A stretch of 64,000 nucleotides of DNA from Phoronis australis (lineage: Eukaryota > Animalia > Phoronida). Below the pieces are notes generated by a model that saw only the letters and a list, made by a program, of their open reading frames with translations, had not been told where the DNA came from and did no database searches. Positions 50,363 to 64,000 of the stretch are shown in pieces (within the stretch, counting starts at the first letter, position 1; each line of letters starts with the position of its first letter). The position numbers and the translations under genes were made by a program. The stretch lies in contig NMRA01000109.1 in assembly GCA_002633005.1 (NCBI GenBank), positions 532,624 through 596,623 of the forward strand, written 5' to 3'.

Positions 50363-53300
50363 CTGTGAAGAAAAAATCTCCATAAATGGCAAAAGTAGAA
50401 ATGTTCAATTCAAAAACACTACCTATCAAAAGACGTTGACAATAAAGATCATTGACAGAAATTTGAATCAGACATCTCTTAGGCTAGATTACTTTTAGCA
50501 CTACTAACGTGGTCTATGGCACAATCATGCTAACAAATTTCAATAGATTTACAGAAAAGAAAAATGATAGCAAGAACTTGGATATATTCTATTTCATCCT
50601 ATATTAAAGATCTCATTAATCTGCAGTTTCAACTGAACAACTTTACTCAATATGAGAATCCTTGAGGCAACAGGCCAACTTCCCTACAGACATTGCTCTT
50701 CCACAACAACCTTATTGATTGACAAATACACAGGAGAGCTAACACACATCTGGTGACAAACTAAAAAAAATCTAGGTGGCAATTTTGATAATAGCATAAA
50801 CATGCATCTTAAACTCTGTCTAAAGTTAGACAAAAATTGAGTTTTTCGCACAGAATTAAACATTATTTATCCACTTAAGGAAGGTGATCTGATGATTTTG
50901 AGAAGCCTCAGCATAAAACTAAATTGTTTGCAAACATTTTATGATTAATTCTGTCAGGTAATGGGACATTTTCCCACAGAACATCAAGCAGATTTGGGTG
51001 TTCAAAATATCTTTTGAGTCATCTCTCACTCCACTAGCCTCTACATATCCGCATTTATACATACTCACTTACTATTTGAAATGCTAATTCTAAATTACAA
51101 TTACTTTTAACATTTATTTTATTTTATTAGCATTTCTAAATTTTTGTATTTGTTTATTTGTTTTATACTTAACATGTTTTATCCTTGATAAATAAAGTTA
51201 TCTATCTGTCTATCTATTTAATTGGCGGGGAGTTCTCCTAATGCGGAAAAATTCCCCTATCAGAAGGCTCAGGCACCCTTATCTCCTCAGGAACGTGATC
51301 GAGTTAAGGTCCAGTAGGAACATGTCAGCAAAATTTATGAATACTGACCAAGCCCAGGGGATTTTAGATGTAGCAGTGGACACCATATGAATGGTGATGA
51401 CAGCATAATGCACAACCATATAAATTATAAATATATGGGTGGAGAACAAAAATGTTAATTAAAAAGTTAAAGATTTTTTTAAAAACATTTGGTATATAGA
51501 TGAACACTATGTTCAATCAGTGATGTTTTTCAACAGAATGATGGCAAGAGATAATTTATCGGGGCACTGGCTGGTCGGACCCAGTGGCCACTAAGTTACT
51601 TATGTGTGCTGGTTTTCCCTGAAGTTTTAGCGAAGAGCTGTTTTCAAAGAAATTTGGAATGTACTACTTCATTGTTGTTTCAAAACATACTTGGATTATA
51701 ACAGTTCACGTTTCCCCAGACACTTCCTTCACAATAATTTGCAATCTACAATTAAGGAAATGTGTAGTTAAGACTTTAAAAAGCCAACGAAAGACAAAGT
51801 CAGGTGACTGAGAGACCTGAATTTCTGAAACTGAACACGACAAATGACAGTCATAGATCCATTCCGATTTCAATTCAAAACAATTTCAACAGTATTAGTA
51901 GTCAAAAAATAATACTTCTCTTCGACATCTTTCCAGCTGGTCACCTATTCATCTGTCTGCCTTCATCGAACAGTATTTATCTAGCTCTGTTTTTGTATGT
52001 TTTGTTTTGTCAACAAAGTCATGCTGTTGATTCAAGTCGCCATTGTTCATTCCACAAACCGGAAGTTAAAAGTTTTAAAATGTAAAAGGGGGCGCGCAAA
52101 ACCGATGGTTCTTCTTGGAGGCAAAGATACTATAAAATCTTTGTTGGAGGTGCGCAGAAAATATTTACGGCATTTTTACTCGAGCATTTTTACTGATCTC
52201 ACTTATGCAAAAAGCCTGGACTTAGACTTTATGCAACTGCTAGTTATGCGTGATATATTAGGCACCGTGACTGTATAATGATGCTGAAAAGTGAAAACAG
52301 ACAAGCCAGTTGGCAAAATAGGTCTGTCAGCGCCGGATGGAGTTGATTCGTTACGCCGCATGAAGTGAACCCCTGCAAGAAATATAATACTACTCATCTG
52401 AGATTAACCAACTAAATTGGTTAAAAAACAGTTGGCGACCGTCGTCAACCTGTGTTCAACAATTCTCTACCACATGACACGACTCATTGTTACGAAAATA
52501 CACAGTTTCCATGGGCGGCGCACGATAGCCGGGGGCTGGGGGGGCTATGGCCCCAAACTTTTTTTCAGAGCTGCGCCCGCGTTCATGATATATGGGCGGT
52601 GCACAACTGGGAGGCTATATACGTTTTCAAATATTATTTGCTTGCTAGAAACATCGAATGTGAAGCAAGAAATATCCGGGAGTGTCATTTTCAATATATT
52701 TTGTTCAATTGCCTGCCGTTTTGATACCCGGTTACACACGTCAAAAAGCACCTTGCACAATTCCTCGATACTCAAACGGACCATGACTTGACGACAAAAT
52801 TGTATTGCGTCCTTTTGTTTAATAAATCATGTACATACATTAAAAAAACGATAGCTTAACTTACATTCCACAGGCGTACTGACTGACGTTTCGCTTCTCC
52901 CGCCATGCAGAGTCAAAAGAAAAAAAAAACGGCGACGACACTCCGTGCTTCTATTGTGAGATTTATTCGGGCCTCCTTACGACTAGATCGCCAGTGCGGG
53001 AGAACTCTTTAGCTAATGTGAATAATGGCAATAGATGCGTCATGTCAAAAAAAGTTCCACATGGAAAAGTTTATATTTGCGCAGGCTTGGCGCAATTTAC
53101 TCTGATATGTCCCGCGTTTAGGATTTGCAAACCAGTCCGCTTTTGATCACTAATTTGTTTTAAAATTTACTGCATATACAAAGAGCGAATTGTGTTATCT
53201 TTTGTTATTCACTTTTTATTCAGTTGCATTGTAACTGCCTTCTGTACTTACTAGCAAAACATTCAAATAATACACGTTGTTGATGGTGTTAACAGAACTG

Positions 53301-55859
53301 CAAACAGTGGTAAATTTACCGTGAATAGTGATTGGGTCAAGAACAGAGTGCATGCTGTTCTGTTGGGCATTGTGAATTTTTCATGCAGGACTCCAGCATG
53401 AACACACGTTTTACGGCTCTTGGAAAACTAACATTTCTGACATTTATGTTTAATAATATACCAAGAATCTCAGTCTAGTCGTTTTAAAGAGGGCATCATT
53501 TAAACAGAGAGAAAGATATCATAATCAAGTTTCATGAATTCGTCAGTTTCCTATATTGAGGTACCTGACCTTGAGTTTACAAAGGATTTTGCGTGCCTGC
53601 TTTGTCACATATTTATCAAAGTGACTAACAACATACGAATTGTTATAAAAAATCCGTACCCAGCTCTACTTGGGCTCAGTGACCCACTGTGTCAAACATA
53701 ACAACAAATCAATCATAAACATAACTATATACGCTCGCACTCTAACTTCTAAAATTTAGCAAATTAGCAAATACTATGCTAGAATAGTAACTTCAATACT
53801 TTTCTGCTATATCCTGAAAAGTTTAGATACTTGGAGAATTTTAGTAATAAATAAATTTGTTCTAAGTGAATCGTATTATGAAAAAGCAAATATAAAATGT
53901 AACTCATCTTCAGCTAAGTTTGAGTTACATTATGTACACAGCACGTGCATATAGCGACCAGTTTCAAAATGTAGGGCAAGAGTTCCACCCCTAAGCTGTG
54001 CCCATAAAATCTGGGCTAATACTTAATTTATTCTAGAGAGTGATATTATTCCTCATTTTCAATATCTTATTGCATCCCCCCGGCAGGCAATAGACAATCA
54101 GCATGTCCTAGTCTTATCAAGACCTTACAGACCATATAGAATTAAACCATTGTTTAGCTCGGATGGAAAAATCGGGCTATAATTGAAATAAAACGCTGGA
54201 GTTAACGAGGCACAATAGAAATAAATGATTCGGCGACTCAGCGTAAAAATCGTTTGATCTGATACGGACACAGTAATCGCAATCACGTTGAAAAAATAGT
54301 CAAAGCACCGATCCAGTTTAAATGACGTCAAGTTAATCACTTGACGGGAAGGACCGGCTTCTACTAATAAAAAGCAGACTTTCCACTTGTTGTGATACCC
54401 TGATAACATTCGGCCTGAAGACATTTTGTTTCAGATTAATAAGTCGTTTGGACCACATGTGTCCAAGTAAACGACTCCTAAAAAGTTTTGAAAACACGAA
54501 ACTGGACTTGCTGAAATACTGTTTTTTTTCAAATCATTTTTGTCAAAATCTATTTCTACAAAGCTTCTTTGAACAACATACACCGTGTGTTATTTGGTTC
54601 TACACTTTACAATTTTTATTTGCCTCTAACATCCTTCATTAATTTAATACGGTCTGACTTCGAACACAGATAATGTTCACCAAGTGCCCTTGTTACTAGA
54701 CTTCCATCATAAACGGTTACTCACTTTTGGTTTCAAGCGATTCGATTGGTATGTGCTCCCTGGTTTTTCAATACTCTACGAAAAACTTCGAAAGAAAACC
54801 TGAGCTAAATTCTACCTAAAGATGGCGCTGGCTGTCTCTTCCCTTACACAAGTGCACTTCCGTCTTGTTCCTGCACGGAAAAGTTATATCATACAATGCA
54901 CTAATCTTTTTTCTGTTTACTATTTATCTCAACCAAGGAGAATGTTATTTCTAGAAAATGACTTATTTTTGTAACCTGTCTTCAGTAGACCTAATGTTTG
55001 GTCGCTGAAAATTGAATTATATATGTCTAAACAAGGCACTATCTTTTTTACGATAACGTGTTTCATTCAATCGACCTTGTGAAAAAATATACATGCTCAA
55101 TTCCAAAACTCTGAACGCGCGTCTTATTTTACGTTTCTCCAAAAACTCCACCACCGTATAACATTTATGTTTTAAAACTAACCAGGATGACCATATTACG
55201 ATCATATTATGATAAGCCTGGTTAATCTTAAAACATCCCCCGGTAACCCACTCAAATTAGGTTTATTAGTCGCAAATTATGGTTTTTGTGACAGTTCATG
55301 CGTTAAAAAGTTTCATTTGAGTGTTTGGGTATGTTGAAAGCAACTTTCTGTGCAGACAATGGATCGTTTTTGCAGTTCGGAAAAGGAGACTAATAGCGAA
55401 AAACATGTTTTTTTCAATAAATTAAAACCGATTGTCCATATCTAGTACTAATCTACCCTTTCCTTTGTTATACACATGATTCCTAAAACAGTTGAGTAAA
55501 AGTAGTGAAAAAAATAAATACACTCATGAAATATCCCATCTCAGTTGTCGGTGACAACTAACAGATTTTATGAATGAGCACAGGACGCTTATTTGTCGTG
55601 CCTTCAACTCCGAGAACTTGTTTACATGTATTACTGAGCAAAAAGTTGTGCTAAGTAAACAGAACTTTTGTTTGGAAATGTTGGATTTCGAAATGTCTTG
55701 AACTTAACTTAATATTATGCTGATAATCGCTTTACTGATTGTTTTTTAATTATTTTTTCATTATTGTCGAACAAGTTTGCTTATTGTGCATATGTGACAC
55801 AAAATAGTGCAGCGCGTAGTGACATTTAGCAGTGAACCAGTCCCATGCAATTCGACTGT

Positions 55860-55981
55860 CTGAAGAGAACGAGAGAGCGTTCGTAGAGACGGTCGAAGAG
55901 AATTCACGTCAAAATGTGATTAATGGACTGTCCATAACTTCTCAAAGTGGATATCATGAAATTTGGACATCCTTAAAACAA
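55860..55981 (+). other. Possible first (non-coding) exon of a plus-strand gene continuing beyond the window
   Basis: Strong donor AAG|GTATGT at about 55982 after CpG-containing sequence. No coding support. Confidence 0.25.
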
Positions 55982-56646
55982 GGTATGTACTTTAATTTGC
56001 TCGTGTATTTGTGTAAAATTGCGTCTAGAAGAGTATTCGTAGCCTACATTGGCTTACGATTGTTGAACTGGAAACCTTACCGGGCATTGTTAGCTGTGAA
56101 CAGTGTGAACGTATGATTGGTGCCTCAAGACTAGCCTCAAGTTTTTGTTGTTTTCCTGTAGTATTTGAATCTATTCACCATTTTACAGTATCTGTAAGAG
56201 ACTAGCTTCTTAAAGTGTTTCCTACTGTTGTAATATGTTCCCTGAAATGTTGAGTATGAATTCGTTGTTCCTGAATTTTCGCTGAAGTTCGTACAAGCCG
56301 ACTGCTGAGCTAGACTGTCAGCGCTGCTGGCAAGGTTTTCAATTCTAGATTTTTTTTTTGTTTTTAGGCGTTAGTTTTTATGAACTCCTTAAGGACTTCC
56401 ATTTGCTCTCTGTCAATGCTTAGGTACTAATTTTTTAGTATTTGTAGGAAAATATGCTATGGTTTTGTGTATAGGACAACACAATTCAAATGTAAGCCTA
56501 AAGCAAAGGAAAACGAGGATTACTTTATGAAATGGAAAAAAATGTGACCAGTTGAAACACACATGATAAATGATGGACATTATCATTCGTCCACTTTCAT
56601 TTTGGGCAGGGCAACAAATCTGCGCTTTCTTCAAAAATAACTGTGG

Positions 56647-56745
56647 AATAGGGCTACTTAATTATTATAAAATAGGGCTACTTAATTATTATAAAATAGG
56701 GCTACTTAATTATTATAAAATAGGGCTACTTAATTATTATAAAAT
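56647..56745. repeat. Tandem repeat, 24-bp unit x4
   Basis: Perfect copies of aatagggctacttaattattataa. Confidence 0.95.
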
Positions 56746-59700
56746 CAGTCTCATCCTATATTTTCTCAGCGTAAAAATGATTTTGAGACTTTACAAGAAT
56801 TGCTTCATTCTTGGTCCATTTTTCAGTTGCTTGTCTTTGGGTGTTAGGCGTACGATAGCTTCAGTGTCCAAGGCAGTGTAGGGTTCTTGGGAATTCCAGG
56901 CAATTGCTTTGGAATATAGTAAAATATGCCTGTTAGAAAATGAAGTTTTAACACCGGAACAAGGGATTTATGGAGTCTTTAATAACTGAATGTTGATTAA
57001 TACTTTTCTTTATTGGAACTTAAAAGCATGCAGATCTCTAGAACACGTTAAGGAGTGTAGTACCTATGTTATTTAGTGAACAGATAGTTGAAAAGTCAAA
57101 AAACAATTTGAAAATAACATGGATGAATTCAGGGAATAATGCAAGGAATGGTTATGCATGTTGTATTTCTGTGTATATGGTGAAAATAAACAGATTTTTA
57201 TAATTTTGGAATTTCAATGAGTTATTTTCAGAATTTTTGCTGTCAGAATATTTTTGTCAATATACTTGTGTAAGGTGGGTGCATTTTGTCCTCTGCACCT
57301 ATATGTGGACTGGGCCTGTATCCAAAATTAAACCCATGTGGCTTAAAACCTTTTCATACTGACTTAACTCCAGTTTAAGTGGGGCGTGCCGGCTTGGGTA
57401 GTTAACGGACATCGAAGTAAATGGTAGGTGTCACTGCTGCCATCGAAGTAATCACAACGCTGTACGCTAATATTTTTTTAATGTGACAATTTGGGAACAT
57501 CTACACGTGCTGATTGACATAAAACTTACATAAGCAAGTAATAGCGATGACACTACCTTTTACTTGTTGACCATAACAGTGGCACCTGGCGATAACTTTG
57601 ATGGGACCGAAGTTTGTCATTCATACTGTATCGCAGCGAGTCGACGCTCCACTGTTAAATCCACCTGTTTACTGCTAAGTTATCAGCACCAGTTAAACAA
57701 GGGAGCAATTTTTCAAAAGATATGAAAATGAAACTTATCTGTTATAAAATGGTAGACGTTAAGAATGAGTCAGTTTAACATTTTAAGCAAAAAGGAAGAA
57801 AAATATAAAATTTAATTAAGACAGGTACATGTTAGAAAAGATAGTCACCTCTGCCTCTTCTATACTTGTCCTGATTAAAACACCCTGAGCGCTTAGTTTG
57901 GGAAATTAAAAAATAAGGGCCTGTGTATGAAATCTAGCATGAGTGGTTAAAAACAATCTTTTGAGAATTTGGTATCAGCATTTACCTGAATGGTTGATTT
58001 GCTCCAGCTAAAGTCTACCATTTTTGCACACAAGGGGATAATATTAGAATGTGAATATGAACTAAAGTGACAGTTTCACCTCAGCTCCAGTGAAAAGTGG
58101 GTATTATTATTCCCCAGCCATCCCAAACATGGCATTGTGACTCTGAAACTGAATGTTCATTACCCTAAGGTAAGCGAGATTTTTGGAGCTGAAATGCTTG
58201 TGAAACTGGCCTTCATAAAGACACTGGCACTTCGTAGGTAATCTCGATCATCATGAAAAATTCGGGTTATGTCTAAGAGGAACTTGCTTCTAATGCGAAC
58301 CCATTCAGCAACAAATTTTCTTCGACAAATCGCAGTATTTCGAATGTGGGCACATGGGAGGAGCTAAACGAATCATGATCCATAAATGTCTTATTTTTAT
58401 TTCTAATTTGTAGGAAGCTGACATTTTTGCTGAAACTAAAGTGCTTCATTGCCCCTTTTATCCCAGAAACATATGTGGGTGTTGATTACTCTTTTCTTTG
58501 CTCTCATTTACTAGGCAACAAAAGTGAGGTGAGGTGGTCAACATAACAGTCCCTATTCTGCAGCTTCTTTCTTCATTCACTTTCCTTGAGCAAACACAGT
58601 CACCAAGAGAGTCTGAATATTGTATAGAGCATGGCTACAGTGAGTTAGTAACTGTCAATTTCAAGTGATGTCGCTTTTCCACACAGTAACTCCCTTTTTT
58701 GCGGAGTTTTGGTCAGTGGGAAAGCATAACTCCTTAACTTTTAAACAGCCATCGTAATTGCTTTCAAAACAGGTGGACTAAACTGCAGTGTTAACTCCCT
58801 TGCAATTGCTAAGACTTACTACTCGGATCGCTAGAGGTCAGGCAATAGTCCATTACAGGGATCCTGCATTTTGAGGACCAGTTTGATGAAGTCATGACAT
58901 GCACCACACATATTCATTTGATAACGCAAACACACTATGTCAACTGAGTATTAAATCCTTAGAAGTAGCGGTAACTTCAGTGTTGCTGCTAGAAAAGAGT
59001 TGGTAGGAAATGTAGTGGGAGTTGTGATGGAATTCAGACAAACTGAAGTTTTGTTAGTGGGAGAGAGACAATAGGTAAAATAATGAAGTGGTTTATTATG
59101 TCAAAAATAAAACACCTATGAATTAACTCCACCCTCTGTCCGATCACAGTATCACCTTTGGAAAACAAGTTGTTAACTACCGATTTGATTTTTTGTGGAA
59201 TCCTCAAAATTAAGTCAAATCATTTGTGTGAAGTGGGATGTCTCAAGGTAATTTCGGTATTACCTAAAAAGCACTCGATAAAACTCACTAAAACCATAAT
59301 TTGTTTAAGCAAAATGTTGAGCATTCATTCTTAAACTTGCAAAGCACTGCTTCATGAGGTGGTGAGCTGTTACATCCATTTATTTATTACAATTGGCCAG
59401 TTCAGTAGACTGTTGCCTGCCCCCAGGGTATTATAGGCTGGAGTGATGTACCAACAATAGTTTTTTTAAATACTGACAGGTGACTGTCTTTTGTAAATAC
59501 GTATTATCTTTCATTTCGTGAAACGCTCTAAACTATTGATAGGGAGTGCTGGCTGTATACACTGTAATATCCGGCCTAATTCTAGGTCATCTAAAGTGCA
59601 TTATGATTCATCTCCATGTCTTACCTGTTGAGCTGTGGGTTTATAGGAGTTCAACACAGTATTATTATGACAAACAATCGTGTTTTAGTAGAGCCTTATT

Positions 59701-60141
59701 TTTGTTAGGAAGTGATGATTGGCCCCTATATAAGTATTTAGTGGTTGGCCCAATGCACTGTCAACACCTGGTCCATAGACAAAGCTGCGGGGGTTATGAA
59801 CTTTCTAAACATAATCATTAAAAAATTCTGACTTCACTTTAAGGTGGTGTCCCAGACATATGTCAAAATTTTTTTAGTCATGTATTATTTAATGAGCAGT
59901 CAGTGTCAAATATTCTCCTGAATTTGTCAGTGATTTGTCATATTTCGTGTGGAATTCTGGCCAAGGCCTCAGACAAATTTGTCTCCTAATAATTGGCAGC
60001 TACATTATCCTTCAATGTTGAAATTTTGTTGTCAGCCGCTGTTTATATAAATATAGGTTTTTGAATTTTCGCTTGGTGAAATAGATTGCAAGTTACAAAA
60101 TGCTACATATTTTGCACAAAATTAATTTTGTCAAAATTGCT

Positions 60142-61020
60142 ATTTTTATGCGCCCACATATTTATATGAGTGCATATTGCAGTCATCTCTGTGCGGTGTT
60201 TGCAGCTACATCTCCTAAATGCTCTCAGGATTGTGATCAGATTTGGCAGATGTGTCCCTATGAAGCTGACAACGGATGACGACAAATTTCGGACCTCTTC
60301 CACTACTGGTGTGCCCCCCTAGTTTTTTACATTTACCTCTGTATCTTTGGAGGTCCTCATTGGATTTTCATAAAATTTAGCATTTAGGCATCTGTTAGTG
60401 AGATGACGCTAACCTATTGCTTTCGAATGGATTTGAGGTACTTTGCGCCACCTAGTGGCCAATTTTATTGTTTTCGAGTCTGTTTTTTGACATCCACCCT
60501 CCGTCAACCAAACTGCTCTAGGGATGATTATGAAAATTGGTACCGTATGTATGTTTTTACTGTGAAGGGGGTGGCTGACTATGAATTTCCGACAGCTTCG
60601 AATACTGTGGCGCCTCCTGGTATTTTTGCGCCCATGGTTGTATCTCCTACATGCTGTGCAGGATCTTTATTAAGTTTTGCAAGTGTCTTTATAACCGACA
60701 ACAGATGACAACTTTTGGATGGATGAAACTACTGGTGTGACCCCTAGTGGCAAATTTAGTTTTTTATGTTTGCCTCTGTATCTTCAAAGGTGCTCAATGG
60801 ATTTTCATTTCGTTTTTCCTTTTTCCTCGGTATCTCAGACAATCCTTGATGGATTTGTATGAAATTTGATGAATAGCTTTGATGACATATTCCAGTTTTT
60901 GGATTAGACATATTTTGCGCCCTCTAGTGGCCATTTTTAAGACATGATTAACCACCCCTAGAAGCACATCATTTGCGGTGCATTCAAGGGCGCATTTCAA
61001 CGCTCTGCATTGCTCTTGTT
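60142..61020 (-). mobile_element. Second copy (inverted) of the HINE-like repeat at 30842-32308
   Basis: The reverse complement begins aacaagagcaatgcagagcgttgaaatgcgccc and ends gggcgcataaaaat. It is colinear with the 30.8-32.3 kb copy but shorter. Confidence 0.75.
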
Positions 61021-64000
61021 TTCTTCTTAATGGATGCTTACCTTGTCGCAAATAATGGATATTTTAGGAAATGTTATGTTGTTACATGTTATACACACTA
61101 CAAGCAGTCAATAACAATTTTTTTTAATCTCGATTGTTGTCGAAAAATTTTTCGAATCATTTTATTGACTGCCATGTTGTGAGCTAACTACATGAAGAAT
61201 TCTCATATCTGTGTCATAGTGTTGTATGCAAAGTAGCCAGATTGAAATGAAATGTATTACTGAGAAATGACTTGGGAATCCTTTTGAGAATCAAACTTCA
61301 AGCTTGTTGCTTATGACTAACATTAGGGTTTGTTTGTCAGTGTTGGACTATGCGTGTTCATCTACACCTTGTGTGTCTGCTGTGGGAACTATACCTGCCA
61401 TTCTCCAAAACCCAAGCTCACTTTGTTAACATATAGACTCACCAGCCCCAACCCCCTATGTAGCCTCTTCATGTCTATCTGCTCATTCCATATCTCAGTG
61501 TTTGGATTGATTTTTCCTAGTAATGATGTGACCCACTGTGTAAGCTAAATGATTTGGTTCAAGACCAATCTGTTGATTCAATGACCAAGTCCTTAGCCCA
61601 GCTTGGTAGCTTCTTGGCTTTCCATTCTAGATGCTAGTGTCGAATGCTTTGCACATTTCAAATGTTCTCTAAACTTTGCATTTGCTTTCCGAGGAGGTTA
61701 TGGTGGACCCTGTTGACAAAACTGTCTAGATTTTAACTCAGTAAGTCCTATTCTCTTATAGCCCCACAGGCAAAAGTGGAAAACAGTTCCTCACAGCATT
61801 TTAGAGACAAGTTCTGAAAGCATAGTATATGAAAATTTCGCATGAATACGACCAGCCATTTATTTCTGAGACATAATACTCCGCAGTTAGTCCAGTGTGG
61901 AAATCGTTTGATGGTCTAACATAAGATGCAACTGCGAATGCCTGTGGAATGTTTCTCCTAGTTCCAACTTTTACCCTGCCAAGTTTTGTCCTCAATTTCA
62001 CCTTCAGGTATATTAACCAAGTGGTTAATTTTTCATTGAGTTTTTAAGTTTGATGGTTGTGATTCTCAATGTTTGTTAGTCTTTTGTAAGGTGGTGGTTC
62101 ATGCATCTACCCTATGAAGTGTTTCTCAGAACAGCTGCATCTATAGCTGGGACTGAGTCCCATATGCTTGACATCTATAAACACTTTGGCATAGTGAGAA
62201 CTTGAATTCATATCTCAGAAGGGTATTTTTGATTCTAACTTTTGAAACTTAGCTAACACAAGAAGTTGAAAAAATTTTTCAAGTCACACAAAACATATAT
62301 TTACAAGCATTTTAGTGTCCCTATCTCAAAAGCTATAAGCAAAACACGGGTCAGTTAGTCCCTTTGTGTTAAATAAATTCAAAACCAACGGGGAGGGTGG
62401 TGGGCTGATTGAACATTCGGTAATCCAGAGCTATTTTTTGGTGTCTTAAAATGATCCGTGGCTTAAGTAGGATTGTCGGCAGTGAAAGGTTGTGTGGGGT
62501 AAAATGATTATATCTGCATCATGATTTATGTTATCTAACCTCATGAAGTTCTTTAAATAGTGCATGCGACACCTTGTGATACATATGATTGCTCCATTCT
62601 GTGGTCTATGAAAGTGTTTTTAGTCCTATCTATTTGTAGAAAATGACACTCTAGCAGTCATCACCCTACAGTTGCATTGGTCCATCTCAGGAAGTTGTTA
62701 AATGCATAGCTTCCTTGATTGCTTTCTGTGTAATGAGGAATTATCCGCCCTTGTTGAGATAATGGTGGTTTTCAATTATGCTTTGTGAACAGCGAATGAT
62801 TTTGCTAAAACCAATTATTTTTATGAAAATTTAACAATTTTTGTTTGCCAGAACAAAAATGTTGTGTCCCTGAAAGTAAATTTTATCAGTAATGTGAGCA
62901 TTTTGAGCCAGGTTTTGGTCAGCTATTCAGTTGTTATCTCATGGTTTGTAGATGTATCACTAGCCCTAGTAATGGCCAGATGTTTGCTCTCTTGTTCAGA
63001 AAATATTGCATGTCTGATAGGATTACCCCTTTGAACAATGCTGGGTAATTCGTGAATCAAAATTTATTCTCTGAGGTGTCTGTGCAAAGAGGTCATTGAA
63101 TGCTTGCCACATTTGTTGACCAGCAGAAAAGAGGTACTTTCATGTCTGTGTTTACAGATTTCTAAATACCTTATTTCTAGGAAGAAATACTTGCGGTAGT
63201 ATTAGTAGAATTGTTTCAAAGCCACAAAAGCTGAATAAGTTGATTGAATAGATTCAAGTCATGTCTCTACAGGTTGTTTGGTCAGGAAGTGTATTTCTGC
63301 TGTTTCACCTTCAGTTTCGTAGTTTTAGTCTTACCTTTATCACAATCCTTAAAAATAGCGTTGTCATGGACTGTATTATTCCTCTCAAGAAAACATACCA
63401 ACTGGAGGGCCAGAACACAAATTAATGACAACATTTTGGTCTCAGTCTCAAGGACCATGGTGACAAGTTTGAATTCTCTTACACTTGTGACCAGAATATT
63501 GTCCACTGGTTGGAGAATTTTGCTGATAGATGATAAATCTGATTTGTTTTCTTCACAAGTATTCAGTGTTTTCACTGTCTGCAAATGTCCATGTCAACAG
63601 CCATTGGATCAGAGACCATGGTGTTGCGTTCTTGCCAAAATGTCGTTTTTGTGAATTTAGGTCATGCGTAGCTAAAACTTTGATGAAAATGACTGGATTT
63701 TCTATTTGCAATTTTACCATATTGAAACCAACATGTGACAGTTGTGACTCATTATTTTACAGGTCCTGTAAACCCCAACAGTTGTTAACATTGGTGTGGG
63801 GATCAATAACAAATTGAACATGGGGGCTCAAAATTGAAGGTGGTGGTCGAATTTGATGATGACAGCTAAAATTTGAGTTTGATAAATTGACAAAAAACCT
63901 GGAGAGAATATTGATGTTGGTGTTTATCCCATGCAGTTTCTTAATGTTTTCCTAGAGTACTTGTAAGGAATAAATCTTATACACATATGTATAATTCATG

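Noticed and set aside
52201-52372. Candidate exon (acceptor ttcttgcag, donor gtgaga) linking the 52906 ATG exon to the RRM
   Set aside because: It has stop codons in all three frames, so at most it is a UTR or poison exon.
63244-63654. Overlapping 136-aa and 100-aa ORFs near the window end
   Set aside because: No recognisable motifs or convincing splice sites; consistent with chance ORFs.

Overview
This is eukaryotic genomic DNA (AT-rich, spliceosomal introns, two N gaps and several single-N joins). The transposon families suggest a marine invertebrate, but that is inference only. I reconstructed three spliced genes by hand that the ORF track splits into fragments: (1) an apparently intact 3-exon, 504-aa divergent non-RD protein kinase on the minus strand (26082-23391); (2) a 2-coding-exon, 147-aa Shisa-domain single-pass membrane protein on the plus strand (29576-32522); (3) a multi-exon RRM protein on the minus strand (50362 or further upstream, to 38561; 5' end unresolved). 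The rest is dense with mobile DNA. It includes Kolobok elements (THAP transposase plus a convergent KolX/P2X7-ballast-like ORF), a Penelope-like retroelement with an inverted pLTR and U3-A8 hammerhead-ribozyme motifs, and a solo pLTR of the same family just upstream of the kinase. There are also hAT-like elements with 5-, 6- and 8-bp TSDs, TA-flanked TcMar-type elements, Helentron/HINE-like repeats, a nested-palindrome foldback element and LINE remnants. The most interesting arrangement is the kinase gene lying antisense between two same-orientation ribozyme-bearing Penelope pLTRs. Each pLTR copy appears to have its own target-site duplication, which argues against simple cargo capture.
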